Source: Kudoa neothunni
Taxonomy: Eukaryota > Animalia > Cnidaria
Direction: 5' to 3'
Length of the DNA: 64,000 nt
Assembly: GCA_964304625.1 (NCBI GenBank)
Contig: OZ199839.1
Span: 9,637,730-9,701,729, forward strand
In this document: in pieces, positions 24,102 through 37,377 of the stretch
Position numbering within the stretch: the first letter of the stretch is position 1
Layout: every line of letters starts with the position of its first letter
Notes under the pieces: model-generated
What the model was told of the DNA's origin: nothing
Seen by the model: only the letters and a program-made list of their open reading frames with translations
Databases searched by the model: none
Made by a program: the position numbers and the translations under genes

Positions 24102-26216
24102 TAGGGTTTATCGATCTAACTCGATAATTTTAGTGTCAAAAAATCAATCCTAATTATTTCATAGCACATAATTATTTAGATTAAGAAATTGTCTCAAATT
24201 TTTGATCCATAAAACTGATAGACAAAAATACGTGTGTAGCAAAGAATGACGCCTTCTGTGTTTTAAAATTAAAATTATATCTTGAATAAGTGTTAAATTT
24301 TTAAATAAACATAAAATATGTTTTTAAGATAAAAAAATTAAAGGAAATGTAGTGGTCATGATATTTATTAAATTTTTCGTGGTGAACACACCAATATGAC
24401 AGCATTACATTGTTTTCTTAATAGAATGAAACAAATAAATCCAAGAGTAAATATTGTAACTTAATTTAACAAAGTTTTTATTCTGCACGGAACAATAATT
24501 GTTTAAATCGACACCTTAGGATAAATTTAACACAATTATTTGGTTTATTATAACCTCGTATATTTTATAACAATATATGGATATAATCGAATTAACTCAT
24601 TAATTTTTAATATTAATTATTTAAAAAATGTTATGGATAAGAAATTTCATCTTTGATGTAATATTTGCTACTTCCCAAAAAATAAACGATGAAGCAAACA
24701 ATTAGTAAAATTCAGAATGTTACTTATTTTATTATATAAAGCATAACATTTACAATTTTGATTAAATGCATGAATTTAATGATAAAACATAACATAAACA
24801 TAAAAAGGATGGACCATCATTGGGTATTTCTCAAACATGAAGGATTGGATTAGTTATTTTCCTTTAAAAAATTATCATTTATTTTTCAATAAAAATCCGA
24901 GTTTCTGATTATAATGTTGTATCAAGATTACAATTACCACATTATTTAACAAACTTGCCACGTTATCTGCTTTAAATAATATTAGTTATGGATCGTCACC
25001 ATGGTAATATTGAGAGCTTATCAGATTCAGATTCCTGTGAACATGAAATTTCTCTTGTTCAAATATCAACGCAGGAACAGAACCAATAACTAAGATTTTC
25101 ACGAGTAAAAAGGGGCAAATACATGGGTTTATTCTTTTGGAAATGAGCACTACTACAATTGCCTCCCAAATTAAGTTACCAAGGTCTACCATGACCACAA
25201 TAATTTCGAAGTTCTAAAAGACAGGAGTCATAGAACTGAAACCCAGAGGAGGCGACAAACGTTCTATTTTGTTATTAGACAGAGAGAAAAAATTATTTCA
25301 TGGATAGACGAAAACTCCATGATAAAGCTAAAGGAGCTCAAGCAAAAGGTTTTGGATGAATTAAATTTAAATGTGTCTATTAGCACCATAGATCAAGTGA
25401 TTGGTGAATTTCACTACACATTCGAAACTTTAGTGACCGTGTCTGAAAGGGGAAATTGTGAATCGACCTTGGAAAAAAGGAAAGAATACGCCGAAATTTT
25501 TCGAAATTTGGAAGTGTCGGTACGACATGAGAACATAATCTTTTTATATGAAGTTGGATTTGCAGTTGTTACGAGACCAAAGTGAGGTAGTTCTTAAAAG
25601 GCACATCTGCTTATGCCTTCGTCAGAGCCGCCCGAGCAGAAACATTTCTGTGGTTGCTGCCATTAATAAAAATTCCATGATTTACCACAAGATTCACGAC
25701 GAAGCTGTCACTGGTGACGATTTCAAACATCGTCTCGTCGAATTGAAGAACGTTTGCAGGGAAAAGATGATAGGAGACCTGTTATTCGCTACGAGTAATA
25801 CTAGAATACATCACTACAAAGACCTTGGAACTGTGATTTTGGAAGAAAATCTAAACATTAAATTTTTTCCCTCATAATCACCTTTTTTGAATCCGATTGT
25901 AAATGCATTTTCCGTCTGGGAAAATTTGGTGTTTAGAAGGCAGAGAAAAAATGAAAACGAATTGAAGATGGCAATATCAGAATGTTTTCAACAAATCACT
26001 CCTTCCCACTGCGATAATTTCTTTCGCAAAATGTTAGGATATCTTTCCAGATCGTCTCGGGGGAAGATAATTTTAGAATAAACAATATGTAGAATCATTA
26101 ACGATTTTTTTGAAAAATTTATTGATGTGTTTTTTGGTGGTCTATTTTGTATTGAGTTTGTTTGCAAAGAGGTCGAGTTAGGTTGCAAAAATATCGTACT
26201 AGATAGAAAAACCCTA
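24102..26216 (+). mobile_element. Tc1/IS630-family DNA transposon, inactive
   Basis: TA-flanked imperfect TIRs TAGGGTTTATCGATCTAACTCGATAATTTT / AAAATATCGTACTAGATAGAAAAACCCTA. Transposase fragments 25319-26081 (IIFLYEVGF, ATSNTRIHH, FPS*SPFLNPIV) show all three DDE positions substituted. Confidence 0.88.
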
Positions 26217-26236
26217 TAATATCAGTTTTTGTTTAA

Positions 26237-28145
26237 CCTTCCGTAGCACGTGGTTTTAATATCGCTGTAATAAGTTTTTGGTTTAAGCTAGTGACTCATA
26301 ATTAATTTCATTCGCATATTTTTTTTACAAAAATTATAGATATATCAGATATGAATTTTGAAAATTTTTTACATTGTGATAGCAGTGATACGTTTTCGTC
26401 GGATTCGGAGACATAGCTTTGACCCCTATTTGGATAACATACTATCAGAAAACAGTGATATATCTGATTCTGATATGTCAAAAGACATTAGCGATGATGA
26501 ATTGATTGATGACTGTTCAAACATTAATAATTAATAAGGAAACATTACATGGGAAGAATTATGAATGGTCGCCTAATCCAGTCGGTTTGTTCGGCAAAAA
26601 AAGAAAACATATTATTCAAGAAAAACATCAAATCAATCTTCCTGATAATGTTAATACGGAGTCTGAGATATGGAGCTTATTTATTATAGACGAAATACTG
26701 TAAGACATCCTACATTTTACAAATGACCAACTAAAAAAATACAAACTAATTTCAAACGAAAAAGAGATTGCGTTGAATTTAATTTATGTGAATTAAAAAC
26801 GTTTATAGGTTTACATTATTTTCTTGGCGTAAAAAAAGCTAATTTAACTAATATGAATGAACTCTGGGCAGATGATATCTTTGGATTTCCCATTTGCAAC
26901 AAAGTATTCGGCCAAAATAGATTTAAGTTATTGAAACGTTGTATACGTTTTACGAACGATTTGTCAATATCATTAGAGCCCTCTAATGATAGATCATTTA
27001 AAATTAGAGATGTTATTAGCCGCATAAAATCTAATTTCTTAAAATATTATACTCCAACCGAATATTTAACAATTGACGAAATGCTTTGGGGGTTCAGATG
27101 CAACTGTATTTTTAATCAATACATGCCTCTAAAACCTGAAAAATATGTTATAAACATCGTTAATACGGCTGATGCTAAAACATTTTATACCTTAAATGTT
27201 GAGGTATTCTTAGGGGCTCAAAATGTTGACATTCATAAAATTGACAACTCATCTAATGTTTAGTACTGCGATGGGTAGAATCGATTTTAGGTTCTGGTAG
27301 AAACATTACGGTAGATAAATGGTTTACCTCAGTTCCTCTCTTCGAAGCATTATTGAAACGTGGTATCACTGCATGTGGTACTATTAGAAAAAATAAAAAG
27401 GAGATTCCTTCGGAATTTCTATTTTCGAAGACAAAAGAGCTATATTCATCCATGTTCGACTTTACCAACGATTTTACGTTGCTGTCATACATACACTTCG
27501 AAAAAAACAAACTTGTCATATTATTGAGTTTTTTTCACCATAAACCAATAATAGATTCAAATCATCCCCAGAAACTTCCAGAAATGATTTCATTTTATAA
27601 TTCCATCAAGGGAGGTGGGGACACAATCGACCAAATGTGCGCCAATTATTCTACCTATCGAACTACCAGAAGATGACCAGCAGTAATATTTCATGCGCTC
27701 CTAGATGTAGTTTCAATAAATTCATATGTAATTTATTGATTAAACACGAAGGAAAATATTCGGAGAAAAGAATTCTTAAAATCGTTAGCATTACAATTGC
27801 TAGAGTAACAAATGAATCGCAAAAGTACAAATTAATTTATGTATTAATAATATTAATGTAGATGAGGCAAATATAAAAGAATATGACAAAATACCTACCG
27901 CTACAGATAGAAGACGATGTAAAATATATGTTAGGCAAAATGATCGTAAAACGCAATCAAAATGCAATATTTGTTGGGGAAATATTTGCAAAAAACATTA
28001 TAAAACTATAAGCGATAATTGTTTTGTTAAAAGATAATTATTTTATTGAATAAAACGTATTATTTTCATCATTTTCTTCGTGGGGTCTTTTAGACCCCAT
28101 GTGTGGACTCGCGTAGTAATTTTTGCGCGTACTCCATCCGGAAGG
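26237..28145 (+). mobile_element. piggyBac element, full-length but inactive
   Basis: TTAA TSDs at 26233-26236 and 28146-28149, CCTTCCG/CGGAAGG termini. Fragments LTIDEMLWGFR, YMPLKPEKY, ITVDKWFTS, GTIRKNK, YNSIKGGGDTIDQM and a C-terminal Cys-rich domain. Stops and frameshifts present. Confidence 0.92.
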
Positions 28146-28584
28146 TTAATAATATAAATCTTATGCCTGTACAGTTGGAACGCAATGAGGCACTCTCACT
28201 AATTACATCACTAAGGACTCTATGTACTTTCAAGTAGATTAACTTAATTTAAAAAATAAAATTTGTTTTAAAACTTACTAAAGAAATGCGCTTAAAAATA
28301 TAAACAACGTGAAAGACACAAAAATGTTACGTAGGGTCCACAGTGTGTAAAATCGGATGCCCAATGTATAGATCACCAAAAATTGGAATCATTTAAACAA
28401 ATCCTATTTTCTATTTAATAATTATAAAAACAAAGAATGATAATGTTATATGACCAAGCAAATTAATTTCTGGTGCAAAGTTTTAATTTTATTTAGAGCT
28501 TTTTTAAGTCAATATGTGACATGATATAAAATAATAAACTATGTAAGATTCGGAAAATATAAAAATGTATATTTTTACAAAAAA

Positions 28585-30278
28585 TAGTGCGAACTGCCCA
28601 GCGTTGCTTGGAGAAGATTTCGCATAGAGACGTTTTTTAATAACATTCAAAAAAATATTGTTTCAAATTGATTCATAGAAGCAGTCAAACTAAATTTTTT
28701 TAAGCATCATACGTTGTCGATTTTGATTTCGAAATTTAAGTAATGATCAGTTGTATGCAGGAGTGTATCAATCCCGGCTTTTAATGAACAATTTCTTGTC
28801 CCATGGCACCAACGCTAAATAATTTAAGTTCAGAATCACATTTATTTTCGTTTCCTAATTATTTGAATTCTCTTCAAATGCAATCTGATGCGTTATTTTT
28901 CGGCTGGTGAATTTTTAAAGTCGAATTCTGGCTCAGATTGGAAAATGTGAGCACTACTAACTTCTTAAGGGATAAAAAAAGAGAAAAAATAATTGAGATC
29001 GAAGAAAACGTACGGAAACTAATTGATATTACTCAAATTAATAACCTTTGGTCCGCATAAACTTTGATGCACTTTTTTCAACAAACAACCACAAATCGCG
29101 CCTACGTCAACATAAATAATTAAAATAATAAGATGAAATAAGCATATAAGCATCTGCATTAAATTAAATCACTGAAAGTTCAACATAACGGACGATTTCA
29201 ATGAAATCTATGGACACAATACTTGCGTTATAGTGCTTCAATCTATCTAATTATAACACGCATAACCAACTCAGTAATAATGCGAATATTGACATTTTCT
29301 CATATCTAAACCCATTAATAGAGTTTTCAAAATGTATTTATCAAGTAAATACATTAAACTCCCGACATAAGGAATTTATTTGCGCAAACAATAAAATAAA
29401 CGCGTCAATCTTATATGCAAAGACAGGTGACATCGTTCAACTAACATATGATAGAGAATATAAGGGAGAAAATTAATTTCAACCGATCGTCACAATGGCA
29501 TCAGCACACTCTAATCCTATAGTTGAACTCATGTAATCCCATAAACAAACGTTAAATCAACAAAACCACTATTTTAGAAAAACCTTTGGGAACATTTGGT
29601 GGTGTGAAAACAATTAAAAGATTTTTTGAAGCGTAATGATTTTTAAAAAATTTAAGTCGTACATGTCCACTTACGGGAGCACACTGACAGACAAGGGACT
29701 TAACCCTTAATAGGTGAACTTGAGCTCCACGAGCCCCTCTGAGTCATAAATTGAGCATAAGTATAAGTCATCCAAAAAATGTTTTTTTTTAAATTTTTTT
29801 TATGTAAATTGTTAGTATTTTATATTACACATCGTTTTGAATTTTCAATGAATTCGAGATTTTTTATTTTAAGCCACCAAAATGAAGAGCCGAAGACCAA
29901 AAAAATTGATGTCAACCTGCCCTAATGCGTCCCCTTGAACCAGTTTTGTTTAAATTCAACGAGAATTATTCGACATTTACTGAAAATAACAATATAAATG
30001 ATCAGAAACGATGTAATTTGTGTCCTACATGTATAATGAGTGACAAACAAATATGCGATGTCTGTAACAACAATATATGTAACGAGCATTCAATAAAAAA
30101 ATTGTTTGTTTGAGTGTCCTTCAAAATAAATTATTGATTGTATATCACATTTTTTATCACGCAATAACGTGCTAAACCAGACAAATATAGTTTAAAATTA
30201 ACCCAATAAAGGATAGAAATTAATCCCGACAGGCTCGTCGAGCCCAAGGTTACATATTGAGGGTTAATATATATAGAT
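28585..30278 (+). mobile_element. Probable non-autonomous Helitron/Helentron (DINE-like) element, interrupted near its 3' end by the piggyBac MITE
   Basis: 5' GCCCAGCGTTGCTTGG hairpin-type start. A degenerate PIF1 C-terminal-like stretch (IHRSSQT..., SNDQLYAGVYQSR vs SHGQLYVAxSR) lies at about 28670-28780. Removing the MITE restores ACAGACAAGGGACTTTAATATATATAGAT, a DINE-like end. Confidence 0.45.
29704..30263 (+). mobile_element. Non-autonomous piggyBac derivative (560 bp) carrying only a Cys-rich-domain ORF (29925-30113)
   Basis: TTAA TSDs at 29700-29703 and 30264-30267, and 32-bp TIRs matching at 26/32 positions. The ORF contains KRCNLCPTC..ICDVCNNNICNEH, like the piggyBac C-terminal CRD zinc finger. 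Confidence 0.88.
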
Positions 30279-30530
30279 GATGTCATTTAACTACAGAAAA
30301 ATTGGAGATAGCTGACTTGAAGATATTTTTTATGCTGAGGATGATCGCATTTCGGAATTGAAATACTGTAATATTTCAATACAATAAATTTTAAATTCTT
30401 TTCACGCAAATCGAAGACGTGCATAAAATCAATAACGTGTTGTACCAAAATAGTATTAATAAATCAAAAAATAACATGGTTTTTCACTACTGAATATCAT
30501 CTACTATACTAATTAGTAAGTAACTATCAT

Positions 30531-33500
30531 CTATAATTCGTAAGCAGTATCCTTGGAGAATTTTTTATAGACGGCAAAACACACCATTATCACCAATATG
30601 AGTATAATTGGGATCATCGAATAGAGTCTAATGATAATAATAAGCACACGCTCCACCGTATATATATATATATATATATATTACATGTACATGTTAATGG
30701 ATCTAAATTAAAATTATTAAAGAAAAGCCTATTTTATTTACTTAATTTTATTCTTCTCAACTATATACTTGTCTTTGACTGTATTATCAATCCATGAATT
30801 AGATTAAAAGATAGCAATCAAAAAGAATACTAAATTATAATTAGAATAAGCGTACATAATACAACAGAATACCCTGTTTCAACTATTCTTATGACTTTTC
30901 CAACAATGTCATCCACCTCGATGTTTGTATATTCACTTCTTAGCTGTTGTTCTTCTATTTATAATTAGATTCAGCTTATTATTATAATTAAGTTACTAAA
31001 ATATTATTAATTTACAAAAATTAATTCATTTCAATTACCCAGTCATTCGGGAAACTTTAGAATCTTTTGAAACCGATAAGTATTATTATTAATTTATACA
31101 CTTTTTATTTGAATGTAAAAAAATAATTTACATTGAATTTCATGTTTTTTATAGGTTGTAACATCCTTCACTTTTACCATTAGCACGTAGTCTTTTTCCT
31201 TTGAAAGATCGTTAATTTTGATCACACATTGATTAGCTGAACAATCCTCCTCATCGTTACACCACGTAGTTAGTGACGTTGTCGATTGTCTCAACGTTTT
31301 CTCATGCAACATGAAGGGGCATTTTGAATTAATCGTTTTTCCATTAAAACCAACATGAATTGTTAAATCACTATCTTCTTTAAGTGTATATGTAATTGTT
31401 AACTTAGTTATCACTAAAAAATATGTTTTATTAAATCCGCGTATAACTTATACCTGCTTCAATATTGTAGGTTCTTTCTTTCTTGCCATCAGACGGTACC
31501 ACAAAAGCTGTATAGTTTTGTTCTAGCTCTAGGTTAACTATTTCGAAATTGTTGGAACAGCTGCCCTCACACACTCCCATATCTTTGCATACTGCCATGT
31601 ATTTTTGAGTCGAATCTCCTTCTTTTTTAAGATAGACTCTGCATATTGGAAGAAAATCACCATCATCTTGGAATGGGGTGAATGTAGCGGTACTGGGTGA
31701 TATGACAGCTGGAGTAGTATTTTCTTTTAATTCATCTCCATCCACTATTTTAAAGTAGAAATAAAATAATTATTATAATAATTACAAGTTCTAAATATCA
31801 TCTTCTTAATATAAGTTCCAGAAAAACCAAGATTTGTAATCTTCACTGATAACAGATAATTTGTACCAGCCTCCAAATTAGAAATCATGCTTGACGCTTG
31901 ACAGTTAGTGGAACATGCTTCTCTATTAGGACTACAGGTAGCACTCATTTCGTTTGAGATATAGTTAGCCTTAGATATTTTAATGGTGCATTCTGAAGTT
32001 CCATCTTTATTTTTAATGCTATCATAAATATTAAGTCCATTGAGTGTTACTCCAGATGCAGTGACTGTAGATAAATTAACGCCAAGATCACCCCCTAAAA
32101 ATATAAAGTTTTGAAACTTAATGATTCAATTACTTTTATGATATTGTTTATATGATACTGTATCAAATCTTCGCTTGATAATTACACCTACTTTTTGATA
32201 TTCCCTCGTTAAATTAATAATACTGTCCTGGCAAAGTTTGTAACATCCATCATTTAGACCCTCGCATGCATTTAACACGTTGCTTATGTTATCTGAATCA
32301 TTTGGATTTACTTCAAATACCTTTATATGACACATTTCATCGTTGAAAGGGCCAGGTGGGAAATGTATTTTTAGGTTTTTATGATTGTCGGAAACACTTG
32401 AAACATTGAATATCACTTGAGAATTTAATGGAGCATTTTTGATCAAGTATGTGTTATTAACGTAGTAAATTAATCCAGGCCACATAAGCGTAGAATCAAT
32501 TTTATAATAACTCATAAATCTGTCTAGTGAGAGGGAAACAGATTTTGTCTCTACGGAATTTGAATAATCCGATATGGTCAATGCTTCCTTCTCAGTGATG
32601 CTAAATGTGTCGGTTTTTCCATCAACACCTATATTCCATTCGGTTTTTGAGTTTGACTTGTACGAAAAGATGACTTTATTATCATTGTATGTGACTTTGT
32701 AAGTATTTTTCAGCTTGTACTCTACAATTAACAATTTAAAAAAGAAATTAATACATTAAAGATTTAAAAAAATAAATTATTTATTATGATGGTGATTAAA
32801 ATTTTACCCATTTTAATGATGAAAACATTCACTTTTTTGCACAATTTTGCTTCAGTTTCATCCACACCATAACAAATCGATACATATCGGTCTAATTTAG
32901 AATTCAAGAAACCAACCTCAACCTTATTAGATGTTGGGCAGTTTACTATGCAAGATCCTCCATTTATGTTCCCTATGCATGTCAATTCAGTTAAGTCAGG
33001 TGTTGCCTCAAAGTTTGATAATTTTATCACACAATTATTTCCACTGGGAAATTCTGAAAGTGCAATAGAAAACTTATCGACACCCCCAGCATTATTCTCA
33101 ACGTAACTTTGTTGGAGTTTTCCGTGTCGAGAAAACGCTATAGGTCATTTATACAAATATTCATAATTATTATACCTGGAATCGCGATTTTCACTGGTGG
33201 TGACTTTTCATTCGCATAAATCATTAGCCTGTAGTTATATTTATTGTTATATATGGTGTCACCGAATTGAATGTCATTGCACTTAAGACTCTCCGTAGTG
33301 CATTCAATGCAGGATTTTTGTATAATTGTTGGCGAACCTAAAATATTGTAGAAAAAGTAAACTCATATTATTACGTTCATCGGCTTCGTGTTTATATAAC
33401 TGATAATAACACTCAATATTTCCTGGATTATCCAAATTTCCTGTGTAAGTTATTTTTAGGTTATTTTTCTTCGACTCTCCCGATATTTTGAATTCAATAT

Positions 33501-36500
33501 TAGTTCCGGCTATTAATCATTTAATAAAATATAGAAAAATAAGGTTACTTGTTTTCTTGTTCTCAAATGTTTTAACCTTGTATGATCCACTAGGCACAAT
33601 TTTTATATCATAGTTGACACCTGAATACAGCCCAATAATACTGAACGCTGTGTTACACTCTCCCACACATAATTTGTTCGTATTGCAAATAGCGGGATAA
33701 AAATATTTTGAGCTGTGTTCTTTCACGTAGATAGTGCATTTGGTTGAGGCTGATCCACCAGGAGTAAGTGTGAATCCACTTGCGGTAGATGTGACTGAAT
33801 TTTCTTGAATTGAAAGATTCGTCCTTGGTCTTACAAATAAATTAAAAATCATAATAAAGTATATAGTTTACCTAGTTTATGATAAAAATATTTTGTTGGA
33901 TGATATTTTTTTAGATTAACAACGTTACCATTACAATATTAGGTAAATCTGTTGTACCAGGCGTAAGTTTTATTTCATCAAATACACAATCAGTTGTGGG
34001 TGTAAACGCCTTCATTTGACTTATAGAATTAATTGGAGCATATGCATTCCAGTGCGTCAAAATACATAATATGTCAGACGGGGTGTTCGATTCTGTACCA
34101 TCCTCTTCGTTATTAAAATTTTTAAATTTATTTTGATTTTACCATCATTTGTTTCAGCCGGAATATCGCTTCCATGTTTTACTATATTTAATAAATAAAA
34201 AACAAATTTATATAATGAATATTACGAATGTGGACGTTTGATTGGTAACCAATCACTGGTTCCATTCCTAATTTTAAGACGCGTATTTTAAACTGCCTTT
34301 ACTTCTGCTGGTATATTTTCAAACGTTATTTTACTACAGATCGTGTGAAAACAATTTCCCTTATTTTTACACCTGTTCGAAAAGAATGTGTTTGAAGATG
34401 AATCGGTTGCATCTATCCATTCAAAAGTGCATATTTCGGATGGCATCTCATTGACTAATTTCACGGTGAGTTTTCTTTCATCTTCATTGACAATCAGCTC
34501 ATAATAAAATCTACTGAGTATTGGAGCATATTTTTTCGTAAAGGTGGTATCGTAAAAGTAATGAAAATCAAAATATCTAGGACAACTGATAAAGTAATCT
34601 TCAGTATTTTCACCAAATGGAATGGAATAGCTACCAAATGAATTACAAGAATTCTCATTTTTGGTTATCTCGCTGAGCTTTCGACCATCTTTACGTGCTT
34701 CACAATTTAATGAACATTTATTTGATCCTAATTTTATTTTATCACCATCTAACGTTGCAATCATCGATATTTCTTCGAAATCATCTTAAAAGAATTATAT
34801 TTATATATCAATTATAAATTACCAATGAAGTATGAATAAACTTTTCCTCTCGTAAAAGGGACCTGTTTTAGTTGTTATTGTTTGTTTTGAATCTTTATTA
34901 TCACCATTGCTTCGCTCTTCCCTACCTTCAGGTTTTCCAGGCGTGGAAGATGAAGTATCGGTTGTTTTCTTAGAATCTTGATAAGTATAAGATATGTAGT
35001 TAAAACTTATGTTGATTATTAGGGATGGTGACAGTTTCTGTATAAAGTGTGTTGCAACTTGTTTGAATTTCTGCGCCACTTTCTCCAGCATTTTCGTAAC
35101 CAGATAAATCATTTTTAGACTTTTTTATTTCACATTGTTTGTCACTTTAACGCTAAAAAATCACCTATAAATTTAATTTTATATGTTTTTCCTGTTGAAT
35201 CGTATCTTAGAATCATATTATTAGTAACAATTTCCTCAGCCAACCCTATAAAATATTATTGTATTTGATCATATAATCTTTACTTTGAAGAATTTTGGCG
35301 GTAGGGTTTAGCAGTATTTTTATTTATCACAACTAACTGATACGTCATTTCCGCGATACGTAGTCGTCCATGGAATATCTATTGTCGATGATCCAGACCT
35401 ATCTGTGACAATAGGACTGCAAACACTATTAAAGCAATCAATTATTTCCCTCATAGATGTTTTTTTCATGAGAATATAAGCCCAAGTCCTTCCGAGATTT
35501 CCTACCGTCTTTGACAAAGTAACTGTAGATTTACTATCATTATTAATTATAGAAATATCGAAAGAAGCTCCATCAGCTATTGATTTTTATTATTGAAATT
35601 AAACACATAAAATTACTTTCAGTAGAGTCGGTGCTTGTGACGCAGGTGTATCCTTTCGAGCAGGACCGTTATTTTGTAATTTGTTTTAGGTTCGAGATTT
35701 ACGATGGTAAAGGTGCTTGTACACGCATTAACACAAAATTTATTAGTGCTATCTATATCACAAGTAGCAGGAAATTTTGATGCTTCACTGTCAGCCAATG
35801 AATAATAAAGTTCACATTTTGCATCCGTATTAGTCCCATGGGAAAAGAGTCCGCTTGGAGTTAAATTTAATTTTGTAGGTTGACCTTGAACGGCATTTGG
35901 TCTAATGCTTCTACCGGACTCAAATCCAACTCCTACTTAAATTTAGTTCACTCATAAGTATTAAAGAGTACCTTTTGTTTTGAAATAAAAATATTTATGA
36001 TATTTTACTACATATGAGTTATGAGAATCAAGTCCAATTATCTTAACCTTTAAAATGTATTCAGTGAGCCGTGACAGATTGTTCAAAGTAATTGAAGCAA
36101 AACGTTTGCACCCAGAAGAATCGATGCATTCTGGATCCTTACCAATATTATCTATTCCATCATATTTTCTTATTATTTTTATTTCGCCAATAGAGGCAAA
36201 ATTGATACTAGTCGTGTCAGATTCCGGTATACTTAATTTAGAAAGGTCGAACGTAGCTTGAGTATTAGTAATGTCGGTAGCAGTAGGTTGATTTCTTTCA
36301 ACTAATCACATTATTAAAAACTATAAAATTATTGATGAATACATGTCACTGTCTGGACAAATTCTTTTGAAGTGAATATATTGGGACGGTATACAAGTAC
36401 TTGAGCGTAGTTCAACTGTGACTTGTATAATATGGTGGCTTTGTAACATGGTTGTAAGCATGGTCCGGCTTTATTTACATAGGAGCAGAAGGAAGTAAAA

Positions 36501-37377
36501 TGGGAGTCCTCAACTTTTTTTATCCCAAAATAACACATTTTAGATGGTTCCGGATTCTGGAGGGTTATTGTATAAAAAAAGTTGGTGCCACGTTGATAGT
36601 GCATTGACCCAGTTGAAATAAACCAATCTTCCACAGGCTTGATAGGATTTAAAAACACTTTAGGAGATCTATCAGTAAAACTAATAAAGCAGGATGTCAT
36701 GGTCGGGTTTGTCACAAGTTTAACTGTATTTTTTTTTATAAAAATTACTATCTGCAGTTTTGATAACTTCCGAACTACCATCCATTACGGTAGAGATCCC
36801 ACCGTTTCTTTTTGTTTGAATTGTTACGGTAAATTCGCCGTTTAACTTTGTTGCAGATATTATAGTTTTCAGGTAGATATCTAATTAATTTTGTATAATA
36901 AATGTTCAATTTGTCAATTACCTTTGAGTTTATACACTTTTTTATAAGGACATGTCTTTATAGCTGTCTCACCCTTACCTTGGCACCATCTTACATATTT
37001 AATGTTCTTAAAATCATTCCCATCTAATTGTAATGCGACTTTTTTGCAATCAATCATACACATTTTCGACGGGATATCTTCTCGAGCGCTTGTTGTACTA
37101 GTACAAGCAGGAATAACTTTAAGTGATGATGTTGAGACATCGTAATACTGAAGTGAACATTTTCGGTGACTGTTCTCAATATTGTACCCTGCCAATGATA
37201 ACATATATTTATTCTCATTACTCAAAAAGCTTAATCTCAATATATTATTATCAATATCAACTGTAGAGTAAATATTCGAGTGTAACACTAATGAAAAATA
37301 AACATTATGATTAATATTTTTTATTTATTACTTGTAAAAATTGTGACCAATCTAAGAAAAACATTGCTCGTCATCAT
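30531..37377 (-). pseudogene. Copy B of the Cys-rich FN3-like membrane protein, with several frameshifts (pseudogene or consensus errors)
   Basis: Same exon layout as A and C, ATG at 37377, tail KKFSKDTAYEL*. Single-base indels relative to C at about 36730 (A9 vs A8), 35360, 34288 and 33824. Confidence 0.7.
30659..30681. repeat. (TA)n microsatellite in the last intron of B (shorter counterpart at about 52156-52173)
   Basis: Direct observation. Confidence 0.9.
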
